Assembly (NCBI GenBank): GCA_038213835.1
Contig: JBBQSN010000001.1
Coordinates: 2,160-66,159 of the forward strand
Source of the DNA: Actinomycetales bacterium
GTDB lineage: Bacteria; Actinomycetota; Actinomycetes; Actinomycetales; CAWJMD01
Direction of reading: 5' to 3'
Length of the DNA: 64,000 bases
The position numbers and the translations under genes are program-made. Below the pieces are notes generated by a model. That model had not been told where the DNA came from and searched no databases. It saw only the letters and a program-made list of their open reading frames with translations. This document shows, piece after piece, positions 9,215 to 18,142 of the stretch (the first letter of the stretch is position 1; each line of letters opens with the position of its first letter).

Positions 9215-10240
9215 GTGGTGGTTCAGCGGCGCACCGGCATCCACGACGTCGCTCGGCTGGCCCAGGTCTCCCCTGCCACGGTGTCGAGGTCGCTCCGCGG
9301 ACTGCCGCACGTCTCCCAGGCCACCCGCCTCCGGGTCCTCGAGGCGGCCACGGAGCTCTCGTACGTGGCCTCACCCGCCGCCTCGCAGCTGTCCAGCGGA
9401 CGCACCCGCACCATCGGCGTCGTGGTCCCGCACGTCACCCGCTGGTTCTTCGCGCAGGTCGTCGCCGGCGTCGAGCGCGTGCTGCGCGAGGCCGGCTACG
9501 ACGTCCTCCTCTACACGATCGGGGACCGGATGGGGCGTGAGCGCTTCCTCGAGGCGATGCCGCTGCGAGGTCGGGTCGACGCCATCGTGGTGCTGACGCT
9601 ACCCATGGACGACACCCAGGCGAAGAAGCTGCACGATCTGGGCGTACCCGTCGTCTGCATCGGGACGCACAGCTCCCGCTTCAGCTCGGTCTGCATCGAC
9701 GACGCCGCGGCGGTGCGGGTGGCGGTGCGCCACCTCCGCCTGCTCGGGCACCGGTCCGTGACCATGGTCGTGAGCCCCGTGGACGACCTCGCCTTCGTGG
9801 CCGCGGCAGAACGCCGGCGGGAGTTCGTGGCGGAGACGCAGGCGCACGGGATGCGGTGCGACATCGTCCATGCCGGCTCCCCGGGGGTGGAGGGTGGAGC
9901 GCAGGCCGGGCACCTCATCCTCGCGAGGAAGCAGATCGCCACCGCGGTCCTGGCCGAGTACGACGAGCTGGCCCTCGGGGTGATGAGGACGTTCGTCAAG
10001 GCAGGTGTCGACGTCCCCGGGCAGGTCTCGCTGGTCGGTTTCGACGACCACGACATGGCGTCCGTGGTCGACCTCACGACGGTCGCGCAGCCCGTGCTCG
10101 AGCAGGGGGAGGCCGCCGCGCACCTGCTGCTGGGCGACCTGCAGCACGGGCAGGACGAACCGCGGCACATCGTGCTGCCGACGCGGCTCGTCATCCGCGG
10201 GACGACCGCGATCCAGGCCGGTTCGGTCTACCTCCGATGA
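9215..10240 (+). CDS. LacI family transcriptional regulator
   Basis: Has an N-terminal HTH (IHDVARLAQVSPATVSRSL) and a periplasmic-binding-protein-like core. GGGAGG at 9203-9208 precedes GTG 9215/9218. The track ORF 8561..10240 is over-extended. Confidence 0.9.
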   Translation: MVVQRRTGIHDVARLAQVSPATVSRSLRGLPHVSQATRLRVLEAATELSYVASPAASQLSSGRTRTIGVVVPHVTRWFFAQVVAGVERVLREAGYDVLLYTIGDRMGRERFLEAMPLRGRVDAIVVLTLPMDDTQAKKLHDLGVPVVCIGTHSSRFSSVCIDDAAAVRVAVRHLRLLGHRSVTMVVSPVDDLAFVAAAERRREFVAETQAHGMRCDIVHAGSPGVEGGAQAGHLILARKQIATAVLAEYDELALGVMRTFVKAGVDVPGQVSLVGFDDHDMASVVDLTTVAQPVLEQGEAAAHLLLGDLQHGQDEPRHIVLPTRLVIRGTTAIQAGSVYLR

Positions 10241-10350
10241 GGTACCCGGCGATGCAGCTCGCGCTCGCACGCGCCGATGGTCGGATCAGCCTGGGATACA
10301 TTCTGGGTCGGACCTCTCACCGTGAGTCCACCACCGACGAACGAGGACCC

Positions 10351-10785
10351 ATGAGCAGCAAGAAGGAGAAGCGCGCGATCGAGCAGTCCCGCGCGAAGCA
10401 GAAGGAACTGAAGCAGAGCGTCTCCGCCCTTCGTGGCCAGCTGAGGAAGACCGAGAAGCAGCTGACGAAGGCCCAGGACCTCGCCGAGCGCTGGAAGAAG
10501 GACGCGAAGGCGCACAAGAGGTCGGCCGCGCGCGCCGGGGCGCGGGCGAATGAGCTGCAGCACCAGCAGGACCGTGCCTCTGTCGCCCTGGCGCAGGTTC
10601 AGGCCACTGCGCCGATGGAGGCGCCGGCCTCAGGCGGACCCGTGGCCGAGCCCACGGACGCCGACGGTGTCACGGTGCCGGACGAGTCGTGGACCGTCGT
10701 CCAGCTCCGGGCCGAGGCACGCGCGCGGGGACTGGTCGGGATGTCGAACAAGCCGAAGGCCCAGCTGCTCACCGCCCTGTCCTGA
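10351..10785 (+). CDS. Lys/Glu-rich coiled-coil protein with a C-terminal Rho_N/SAP-like domain
   Basis: ATG 10351 is preceded by GAGGA. The C-terminus WTVVQLRAEARARGLVGMSNKPKAQLLTAL resembles the Rho N-terminal/SAP helix-extended-helix motif. The track ORF 9856..10785 is over-extended. Confidence 0.7.
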   Translation: MSSKKEKRAIEQSRAKQKELKQSVSALRGQLRKTEKQLTKAQDLAERWKKDAKAHKRSAARAGARANELQHQQDRASVALAQVQATAPMEAPASGGPVAEPTDADGVTVPDESWTVVQLRAEARARGLVGMSNKPKAQLLTALS

Positions 10786-10851
10786 GCTGACCGCGGCACT
10801 CGGTCTCCCTGGGTGGGTCCTCGCGGTCGGGGCCGCCTGCAGAGCCCGGAC

Positions 10852-12171
10852 TCACGTCAGGGGGTCGCTGGCGCGCACGGGGTCCGCGCCTAACGTCGTC
10901 CTGCGCTGCCGGTGATGGCCCCCGTGCCAGTCCAGGAGCAGGACGGTGGCATCGTCCTCGAGGTCGTGCCCCGTCGCCTGCAGAACGCTGTCGGCCAGTC
11001 GGCGGACGGCCTCACGCGGGTGCAGCTCCCCTGTCTCCTGGATGGCGGCCGGCAGGCCGAAGCCGGCGGCGTTGCGCTCCAGCATGCCGTCGGTCACGAC
11101 CACGATCCGGTCGCCGGGCTCCAGGTCGAGCACGGTGCTGCGGTAAGTCGTCTCGGCGAACATCCCGAACGGTGGGTCCGCCGGCAGGTCCATCGCGCTG
11201 ACCCGCCCGTCCCGCATCAGGTAGGGAGCGACATGTCCGGCGTTGACGAGCTCCAGCGTTCCCACCTGCAGGTCCAGGCGTCCGATCACGCCGGTCACGA
11301 AGTCGTCGAGCGCGCTCGCGCTGGCATTCGTGGCCAGAGCTGCGTTCGTGGCCGACGCCTGCTCCAGCAGCGAGGCACCCTGCCGGCGAGCGCCCCGCAG
11401 ACCACCCACGCACAACGTGGCCGTGAGTGCGGCAGCAACACCGTGTCCCATGGCGTCGGTCATCGACAGGTGCAGCAGGTCACGGGCCAGGCTGTAGTCG
11501 AACGTGTCTCCGGCGATCTCGGCTGCCGGCTCCAACCACGCCGAGAGCGTGAACGCACCCGCCTCGCACGTGCGCGGGCCGGGAAGGAGTCGCTGCTGGA
11601 TCTCTGCAGACAGGCTCGACCGGCGGCTGCGTTGGCCCCATTCGTACAGGTCGGTGTGACGCCGGTTCGCGATCACCACGAACGCCAGGAGGTGCGCCAG
11701 CCGAGCGATCTCGGCCACCGTGTCCGGATCCGGTTCCTCGGGTACATGGAGCTCGAGCAGACCGATGACCTCCCCGCGCTCGGTCATGGGGGCCAGGACC
11801 GTCCACTGGTCGGCAGAAGCCGTCCCCGCAGGGGGCTCCTCGGGCGGGAGCACCTGCACGGTCTGGGTGCGCACCGCCTGCTCGGCCGGCCCGCCGTCGA
11901 AGGGCAGCACCGTCGCGAGCTCCCCGGCATCGCGTCGTTCGCCGGAGGCGGGCCTTCGGCTGTCGATGTGCTCCTCGACCTGGTGCGGAGGCACGTGCGC
12001 GAGCCGGACCAGGGCGCGCCCCGACAGGTCGGCGATGAGGAAGGACACCTCCGTGGCGCCCAACGCCACCCCCAGCTCGCGCGTCACCGCCTCCACGGCG
12101 TCCACCGGCGAGGCGGCCTCCGCGGCGTCCAGCACCTGCCCCCATCGCCCGGAGGACTCCGTATGGGCCAC
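10852..12171 (-). CDS. GAF domain-containing PP2C (SpoIIE/RsbU-like) serine phosphatase
   Basis: An N-terminal GAF-like region is followed by PP2C motifs (GDTFDY, MGHGVAAAL, VVVTDGMLE). Confidence 0.85.
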   Translation of the reverse strand: MAHTESSGRWGQVLDAAEAASPVDAVEAVTRELGVALGATEVSFLIADLSGRALVRLAHVPPHQVEEHIDSRRPASGERRDAGELATVLPFDGGPAEQAVRTQTVQVLPPEEPPAGTASADQWTVLAPMTERGEVIGLLELHVPEEPDPDTVAEIARLAHLLAFVVIANRRHTDLYEWGQRSRRSSLSAEIQQRLLPGPRTCEAGAFTLSAWLEPAAEIAGDTFDYSLARDLLHLSMTDAMGHGVAAALTATLCVGGLRGARRQGASLLEQASATNAALATNASASALDDFVTGVIGRLDLQVGTLELVNAGHVAPYLMRDGRVSAMDLPADPPFGMFAETTYRSTVLDLEPGDRIVVVTDGMLERNAAGFGLPAAIQETGELHPREAVRRLADSVLQATGHDLEDDATVLLLDWHGGHHRQRRTTLGADPVRASDPLT

Positions 12172-12253
12172 TTCCGGAGCATAGGGGACAACAGTGAGGG
12201 GACGATGTGCTCCTTCGCCCGGCCCAGCTCGGTGGGGACGACCTCATCCGGGT

Positions 12254-12910
12254 CTAGTCCACCAGGCCGAGCTCGTAGGCGAGGATGACGGCGGCGACCC
12301 GGTTTCGCAGGGCCAGCTTGGTGAGGATGGAGCCGACGTGTGTCTTCACCGTGACCTCGGAGATGCTGAGGGTCACCCCGATCTCGGCGTTGGTGAGACC
12401 GCGGGCGATCTCGAGGAGCACGTCGCGTTCGCGAGGGGTCAGACCCTGCAACCTCGCCCGTGCGGGGTCGCCCTTCACGTCGGGTAGGCGGTGCGCGTAG
12501 GTGTCGAGCAGGAGCCGGGTGATGCGGGGCGCGACGACGGCATGGCCGTCGGCGACAGCGTGGATCGCGCTGACGAGTTCGCTGACGGGGGCGTCCTTGA
12601 GGAGGAAGCCGCTGGCACCGGCCCGCAGGGCGGCGTACGCGTACTCGTCGAGGTCGTAGGTGGTGATGACCAGGACCCGGGACGGTGACTCGCCGGCCGT
12701 GAGCAGACGGGTGGCCTCGAGACCGTCCATCTGCGGCATCCGGATGTCCATCAGGATGACGTCGGGTGCCAGGGTCGAGGCCTGGCGCAGTGCGGCGCGG
12801 CCGTTGTCGGCTTCACCCACCACCTCGACGCCTGGCGTCTCCTCCAGGATCATCCGGAACCCCGTGCGGATCAGCGCTTGATCGTCGACGAGCAGGACGC
12901 GGACGCTCAT
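12254..12910 (-). CDS. Two-component response regulator, NarL/LuxR family
   Basis: Has a receiver domain (LLVDDQALIR...DVILMDIRMP) and a LuxR HTH (LTPRERDVLLEIARGLTNAEI). Confidence 0.92.
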   Translation of the reverse strand: MSVRVLLVDDQALIRTGFRMILEETPGVEVVGEADNGRAALRQASTLAPDVILMDIRMPQMDGLEATRLLTAGESPSRVLVITTYDLDEYAYAALRAGASGFLLKDAPVSELVSAIHAVADGHAVVAPRITRLLLDTYAHRLPDVKGDPARARLQGLTPRERDVLLEIARGLTNAEIGVTLSISEVTVKTHVGSILTKLALRNRVAAVILAYELGLVD

Positions 12911-14052
12911 GCTCGGTCCTCACCGCGGCGGCCACGGGCGGTCAGAGGAAGCTCGGCCCGCACGTCCCACCCGCCGTCCGGACCGGGTCCGGCGGTCACG
13001 GTGCCACCGTAGGCTGCGGCCCGTTCGCGCATGCCCTGGATGCCGTTCCCGCGCGGTGGGGTGCTCGAGGCGGCCACCTCGGCCTGGCCGTCATCGTGGA
13101 CGTGCAAGGTCACCGTGGTCCTCGTGATGGTGAGCGAGACGTCGAGACGGGTGGTGCCGCGCGCATGCTTGAGGGTGTTGGCGGTCGCCTCCTGCGCGAT
13201 GCGGTAGACCGTCAGGCCGGCCGCTGCGGGGACCGCAGCCACGGGGCCGGTCACGGTCAGCACGGCGTCGAGGCCGTCGTGGTGCACCTGCTCGACGAGC
13301 ACCTCGAGGTCGTCCACGCCGGGTTGCGGGGTCAGCGGCACGGTGGCGTCGCCGCGAAGGACGCCGAGGACGCGCCTGCTGTCGCCGAGGGCCTGCCGGC
13401 CGACGTCGGACACGCGCCCCATCGTGGCCGCCGCCTCGTGCGGGTGGGCCGGCACCTTCAGCGCTGCGGCGTCGGCCAGCGCCACCATCACCGACAGGCT
13501 GTGCGCGATGATGTCGTGCATCTCCCGGGCGATCTGGGCCCGCTCGCGGGCGACCGCCAGCTGGGCGTGCTGGGCACGTTCACGCGCCAGCTGATCGGCC
13601 GCCTCGGTGAGCGCCCGGATGGTCGCGGCGCGGTCGCGGACGTAGGCGCCGCACATGAGCGAGGCCAGCACCACGGCGGACACGATGACGACCAGGTCGA
13701 TCCACCCGAACCCGTGGGTGACCTGTGAGGCGGCCGGGACGGTCGTGGCCACGGCCATGACGCAGCTGGGCCCTGCGACGCGCAGGGGGTAGCGGGACGC
13801 AACCGAGTACACGGCGATGAGAAGACCGGTTCCGGCGATGAGCTGGATGCCCACCCATGCCTGCGTGAGCATCAGCACGAGGAACAGGGCGAGGACCGAG
13901 AGGGGAAGCCGACGCCGCACCGTCAACGAGGCGATGAGCACGACGCTCAGCACCACGTACAGGCCCAGTCTCGGGTCGGAGTACCGCGCGTGGTGGACGA
14001 GCTGCGGCAGCGCCAGACAGGTCATCGCGACGACCGGTGCGAGATCGACCAC
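12907..14052 (-). CDS. Sensor histidine kinase (HisKA_3 / NarX-DesK type)
   Basis: Has an H-box (REMHDIIAHSLS), a HATPase_c domain and N-terminal TM helices. Its TGA overlaps the regulator ATG (ATGA at 12907-12910). The start is uncertain: GTG 14052 was chosen, ATG 14028 is an alternative, and the track ORF is over-extended to 14970. Confidence 0.82.
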   Translation of the reverse strand: MVDLAPVVAMTCLALPQLVHHARYSDPRLGLYVVLSVVLIASLTVRRRLPLSVLALFLVLMLTQAWVGIQLIAGTGLLIAVYSVASRYPLRVAGPSCVMAVATTVPAASQVTHGFGWIDLVVIVSAVVLASLMCGAYVRDRAATIRALTEAADQLARERAQHAQLAVARERAQIAREMHDIIAHSLSVMVALADAAALKVPAHPHEAAATMGRVSDVGRQALGDSRRVLGVLRGDATVPLTPQPGVDDLEVLVEQVHHDGLDAVLTVTGPVAAVPAAAGLTVYRIAQEATANTLKHARGTTRLDVSLTITRTTVTLHVHDDGQAEVAASSTPPRGNGIQGMRERAAAYGGTVTAGPGPDGGWDVRAELPLTARGRRGEDRA

Positions 14053-14201
14053 GGCCTCCCGCCCCTGCAGTCGCCCGTGGACCAGCCACGGCCGCGGGTC
14101 GCCTCGGCCACCGTCCGCTGCAGCCGGCTCGAACAGCCGCCGGGTCCGCCACCGGGTGACCGACGACCCCTCGACTGGTCCCGACACCCCAGGAGTGTCC
14201 C

Positions 14202-15035
14202 TCACCCGCCGCCCTGGAAGAAGCCGAGGAGGGCCGGAGCCGGATCGGCGACGGTGCTGAGGTTGGCAGCCGTGACCACACCGAAGAACGCCGACGACGC
14301 CATCACCGCGACGACCGCCGTCGCCGTCAGGTGGCGACCACGTCGCCCGGCCGACATCCGGGCCCGCCGCCGCCACAACAGGACCGCTGTCGCGAGCAGG
14401 CCGGCGGTCACCACGGCGCCGAGGCCGGCCATGGCGATGTGGTACGCGGTGAAGTCGTGGACGAGCGTCCCCAGCGCCGGGCTGCGAGCCTCGCCTGCCA
14501 GACCATCTCGGACCTGCGTGATCGTTCCCGCGAGTGCGGGGTCCGGCCTGCCCATCGGGAGGAGCCCCAGGGCCGACGACAAGGGAGCGATGGCCCCTTG
14601 GACGTTCGCCACCAGGACCAGGAGCGCGAGCAGCGCCAGGGCCGCCATCCCCACGAGAACCCCGGCGAGGAGTCTGCGGGTCGCGGTCGCGGCGCGCGTG
14701 TACACCACCCACGTGCGCGAGCCGAGGCGCGCGAGGGCCACGAGCAGGATGGCGGCGAGGGCGGCCTTGACGACATGGAAGCGTGCCCAGAAGTCCACTG
14801 GCAGAGCCAGGTCCGGACCGATCACCCCGGAGCCGGCGTCCCAGTAGTGGACGAACGCGGCGCTGAGCGAGTCCACCAGGGCGGCTCGGCTCGGGTACCC
14901 GCCATCGGACCACGCCGACGCCACGGGGAACGGCGCGACGAACACAGCCACCAGGAGCGCGACCGTGCACACGATCGGCCGGAGCAGGGTGCGTGGCTCA
15001 GGGACCCGTCGGGGTTCAGCGATGGAGACGGACAC
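14202..15035 (-). CDS. Hypothetical polytopic membrane protein
   Basis: Several hydrophobic helices and high GC3. GTG 15035 is preceded by GAAGGA with a 5-nt spacer. The track ORF is over-extended to 15338. Confidence 0.6.
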   Translation of the reverse strand: MSVSIAEPRRVPEPRTLLRPIVCTVALLVAVFVAPFPVASAWSDGGYPSRAALVDSLSAAFVHYWDAGSGVIGPDLALPVDFWARFHVVKAALAAILLVALARLGSRTWVVYTRAATATRRLLAGVLVGMAALALLALLVLVANVQGAIAPLSSALGLLPMGRPDPALAGTITQVRDGLAGEARSPALGTLVHDFTAYHIAMAGLGAVVTAGLLATAVLLWRRRARMSAGRRGRHLTATAVVAVMASSAFFGVVTAANLSTVADPAPALLGFFQGGG

Positions 15036-15182
15036 ATCAGTCCTTCGGTCGGTCGGATGAGGATGACAAGGGTCCCGCGGGACGCCACGCCGGCTCACCA
15101 AGCCTAGGAACGGCGCCGACCGGCCACCTCGTGCCGCGAGAGGAGATCTCGACGAGTCGGCGACCACCCAGGACGGGAGGAG

Positions 15183-15430
15183 ATCCTCCTCGAGGAGGAG
15201 ACGGCCCGCCAGAACACGCGCCGGCGCACCGCGGTGCCGGAGTTCCTCGACGGTCAGGACACCTTCCGCAGCGCCCAGGAATCCAGCCGACCTGCGCCGG
15301 GAGGGGGAGAGCATCGGCCTGGCCACGGTGTACCGCACGCTGCGGCGGATGGCCGAGGACGGCGAGGTCGACGCACCCCCGGCCGACCCTCCTGAGGCGG
15401 CGTCGCGGTCTCAGCGACCGGAGCCGCCGT
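15183..15430 (+). pseudogene. Degenerate Zur/Fur-family regulator remnant (N-terminal DNA-binding half only, frameshifted)
   Basis: This remnant is not in the track. One frame reads ...ARQNTRRRTAVPEFLDGQDTFRSAQE. About 15282-15286 the similarity jumps to the +1 frame: ADLRREGESIGLATVYRTLRRMAEDGEVD. Together these match the Fur/Zur winged-helix consensus R-x-T-x-QR...F-x-SAQE-x-H...LR...G...IGL-x-TVYRTL...G-x-VD. The metal-binding C-terminal half is missing, and the ask stop abuts at 15411. Confidence 0.5.
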
Positions 15431-16679
15431 AGACGACGGCCTCGCCCTCGGTGGAGTCCAGCCCGAACGCGGTGTGGACGGCGCGGACCGCGTCGTCGAG
15501 CGCGTCGGCCCGGGTGACGACGGAGATCCGGATCTCCGAGGTCGAGATCATCTCGATGTTGATGCCGGTGTCGGCGAGCGCCTTGAAGAACCTGGCCGAG
15601 ACGCCGGGGTGGCTGCGCATGCCGGCGCCCACGAGCGAGAGCTTGCCGATCGTGTCGTCGTACTGCAGCGAGTGGAACGCGACGGACCCCTCCACCGCCT
15701 TCAGCGCCGCCATTCCCTGGGCACCCTCGCTCTTGGGGAGCGTGAACGAGACGTCGGTGAGGCCCGAGGCCGCGGTCGAGACGTTCTGCACGATCATGTC
15801 GATGTTGATGTCGGCGGCCGCCACCGCCTCGAAGATCTCGGCGGCCTTGCCCGGGGTGTCGGGCACGCCCACCACCGTGATCTTGGCCTCGCTGCGGTCG
15901 TGCGCGACTCCCGAGATGATCGCCTGCTCCACGTGAAGGTCCTCCATCGATCCGCTGACTAGGGTTCCGGGCTTGGGGGTGAACGAGGACCGGACGTGGA
16001 TGGGCACGCCGGAGCGCCGTCCGTACTCGACGCAGCGCAGGTGCAGGACCTTGGCACCGCACGCCGCCAGCTCGAGCATCTCCTCGTAGGTGACCGTCTC
16101 GAGCCGCCGAGCCGTCGGGACGATCCGCGGGTCGGCGGTGAAGACGCCGTCCACGTCGGTGTAGATCTCGCACACGTCCGCCTTGAGCGCGGCCGCGAGC
16201 GCCACCGCCGTGGTGTCCGACGCGCCGCGACCGAGCGTGGTGATCTCCTTGGTGTCCTGCGAGACCCCTTGGAAACCGGCCACGATCACGACGTGCCCCT
16301 CGTCCAGGGCGGTGCGGATGCGTCCGGGGGTGATGTCGATGATCCGCGCGCGGCCGTGGGCGGAGTCGGTGATGACCCCCGCTTGGCTACCGGTGTACGA
16401 GCGCGCCTGGAGGCCGAGGTTGGCGATCGCCATGGCCAGCAGGGCCATCGAGATCCGCTCGCCGGCGGTGAGCAGCATGTCGAGCTCACGAGGCGGCGGG
16501 AGGGGACTCACCTGCTGGGCGAGGTCCCGCAGGTCGTCGGTGGTGTCCCCCATGGCGGAGACGACGACCACGACCTCGTTCCCTGCCTTCTGCGTCTGCG
16601 TGATCCGCTTGGCCACCCGCTTGATGCCGTCGGCGTCGGAGACGGAGGACCCGCCGTACTTCTGCACCACCAGCGCCAT
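15411..16679 (-). CDS. ask: Aspartate kinase
   Basis: Begins [12 protein letters not shown], followed by tandem ACT domains. ATG 16679 was chosen; the track start at 16697 adds 6 residues. Confidence 0.95.
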   Translation of the reverse strand: MALVVQKYGGSSVSDADGIKRVAKRITQTQKAGNEVVVVVSAMGDTTDDLRDLAQQVSPLPPPRELDMLLTAGERISMALLAMAIANLGLQARSYTGSQAGVITDSAHGRARIIDITPGRIRTALDEGHVVIVAGFQGVSQDTKEITTLGRGASDTTAVALAAALKADVCEIYTDVDGVFTADPRIVPTARRLETVTYEEMLELAACGAKVLHLRCVEYGRRSGVPIHVRSSFTPKPGTLVSGSMEDLHVEQAIISGVAHDRSEAKITVVGVPDTPGKAAEIFEAVAAADINIDMIVQNVSTAASGLTDVSFTLPKSEGAQGMAALKAVEGSVAFHSLQYDDTIGKLSLVGAGMRSHPGVSARFFKALADTGINIEMISTSEIRISVVTRADALDDAVRAVHTAFGLDSTEGEAVVYGGSGR

Positions 16680-16733
16680 GCGCCGCACCCTACCCAAGGG
16701 CAGCAGGGGCGGTCGGCCGCTCTCGGCCCTCGG

Positions 16734-17912
16734 TCAGCGACGCACGCCGAGGCTGTCCCAGCCGTCCCCGTCGAAGTCGCCCAGCAGCGCCACGTCGGCC
16801 GCTCGGCCGAAGGAGACGGCGGTCGCCGAGGTCTCGGCCAGGTTCGCGGCGGTGAGGTAGTAGGTCGAGGACCGGCGCACGGCCACGGTGTCCCTGCCGT
16901 CGCCGTCCCAGTCACCGGCGTACGGGACGTCCGTGGTCCGGCCGAAGCTGAAGCTGGAGGTCGCCGCCCCGCCGTGCGAGCCGGTCAGGAAGAACTTCCC
17001 GTCGCGGCGCAGGGCGATCGTGTCGGTGCCGTTGCCGTCCCAGTCGCCGACGACGACCCGGTCGGTCGACCGGCCGAACGAGAACACGACCGTGGTCGGA
17101 CCCCCGTGGCGGTTCGCGAGGTAGAACGTGCTGCCGCGGCGGATCCCCACCGTGTCCGTGCCGTCGCCGTCCCAGTCACCGACCAGGACCTGGTCGGTCG
17201 ACCGGCCGAAGGCGTACGAGACGTCCGCGGCACCGGTGCTGTTGGAGTTGCGCAGGTACAGGGCGCTGGCGCGGCGGACGCCGACCGTGTCGGTCCCGTT
17301 GCCGTCCCAGTCACCGGTGAGGGCCTTGTCCGAGCCGCGGCCGTAGGCGAAGTCCATCGTCACCGGCCCGGGCGTCCGGGAGGAGAGCAGGTTCCGGTTG
17401 CCGATGGCGGGAGCGGCCACCGGGGCGGGTGGAGGGGTGACGCCGGCGTAGGTCGCGAACACCTGCGTGCCCCAGATCCTGCCGCTCGCGTCCTTGGTCC
17501 AACCGATACCCACCGACGTGTACGCCCCGAGGACGTTCGCCCGGTGCCCGGCCGAGCTCATCCAGGCCGAGTGCAGGTCCGCGTCGCTGTAGTCGTAGCC
17601 GACGTTCTCGCCCGCCCGCGTCCAGCCGGCCGGGATCTGGGTCGAGTAGCTCGGGTTGTGGCTCAGCTTCGCGGAGTAGGACATCTTGTTCGACCACTTC
17701 TGCGCCACGGCGTCCAGCCGCGCGTCGCGCACCAGGGGCCGCAGGCCCGCCTGCTGGCGCGACTGGTTGACCAGGCTGGACAGCGTCGCGGCGTCGGCCT
17801 TCGCCGGCGAGCCCGCGCTCGCCACCAGCCCGACGGCGGCCAGGCACGCGGCCATCAGCAGCACGAGGACGCGAGGGACGACGGGGAGGGGGACGGCGGT
17901 GGGACGAGGCAT
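16734..17912 (-). CDS. Secreted CAP/SCP (PR-1-like) domain protein fused to about 4.6 FG-GAP/VCBS-like repeats
   Basis: Has a signal peptide (VLVLLMAACLAAVGLVASAGSPAKA) and a CAP-domain region (SHNPSY, ENVGY, WMSSAGHRANVL). Repeats of F-x-FGR-x-x-D-x-x-x-x-GDWDG-x-G-x-DT-x-x-x-RR follow. ATG 17912 was chosen. Confidence 0.85.
   Translation of the reverse strand: MPRPTAVPLPVVPRVLVLLMAACLAAVGLVASAGSPAKADAATLSSLVNQSRQQAGLRPLVRDARLDAVAQKWSNKMSYSAKLSHNPSYSTQIPAGWTRAGENVGYDYSDADLHSAWMSSAGHRANVLGAYTSVGIGWTKDASGRIWGTQVFATYAGVTPPPAPVAAPAIGNRNLLSSRTPGPVTMDFAYGRGSDKALTGDWDGNGTDTVGVRRASALYLRNSNSTGAADVSYAFGRSTDQVLVGDWDGDGTDTVGIRRGSTFYLANRHGGPTTVVFSFGRSTDRVVVGDWDGNGTDTIALRRDGKFFLTGSHGGAATSSFSFGRTTDVPYAGDWDGDGRDTVAVRRSSTYYLTAANLAETSATAVSFGRAADVALLGDFDGDGWDSLGVRR
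16737..17357 (-). repeat. Tandem coding repeats (about 132-138 nt, 4.6 copies) encoding FG-GAP-like modules
   Basis: Five successive FGR...GDWDG(N/D)GTDT...RR units are visible in the translated C-terminal half of the CAP-domain gene. Confidence 0.85.
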
Positions 17913-18142
17913 GAGGTGAGCACTCCTGGTTCGGTGGCCCAGAGAGCATCGGGTGCTCACGGTGCGTAGCCAATCGCCCGGTCCGGTGGCCCCTCGTGAC
18001 TCTCCGTGGCCAGACCCTTCTCGGGTGAGCGGTCGTCCTCCATGGACCCCGGCGTCGTCACCCTGGGTGAGATCGGGGGTGACTCGCGCGCTGGGTACCA
18101 GGGCTCAGGGCTTCCCCGCGGCCGGGCGTCTACCGTGCCCCC

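Noticed and set aside
12172-12253. A possible leaderless-mRNA promoter (TATGCT about 7 nt before GTG 12171) for the GAF-PP2C gene.
   Set aside because: It rests on a single hexamer match with no supporting -35 element or conservation data. That is too weak to report as a feature.
17913-18142. A possible c-di-AMP (ydaO-type) or other riboswitch in the 230-bp region upstream of the secreted CAP-repeat gene.
   Set aside because: By eye I could not find the conserved ydaO elements (paired ACGGGG/CCCGA-type cores and the terminal GCUAACC segment). Only a simple inverted repeat is present. An Infernal/Rfam scan is needed for a definite answer.
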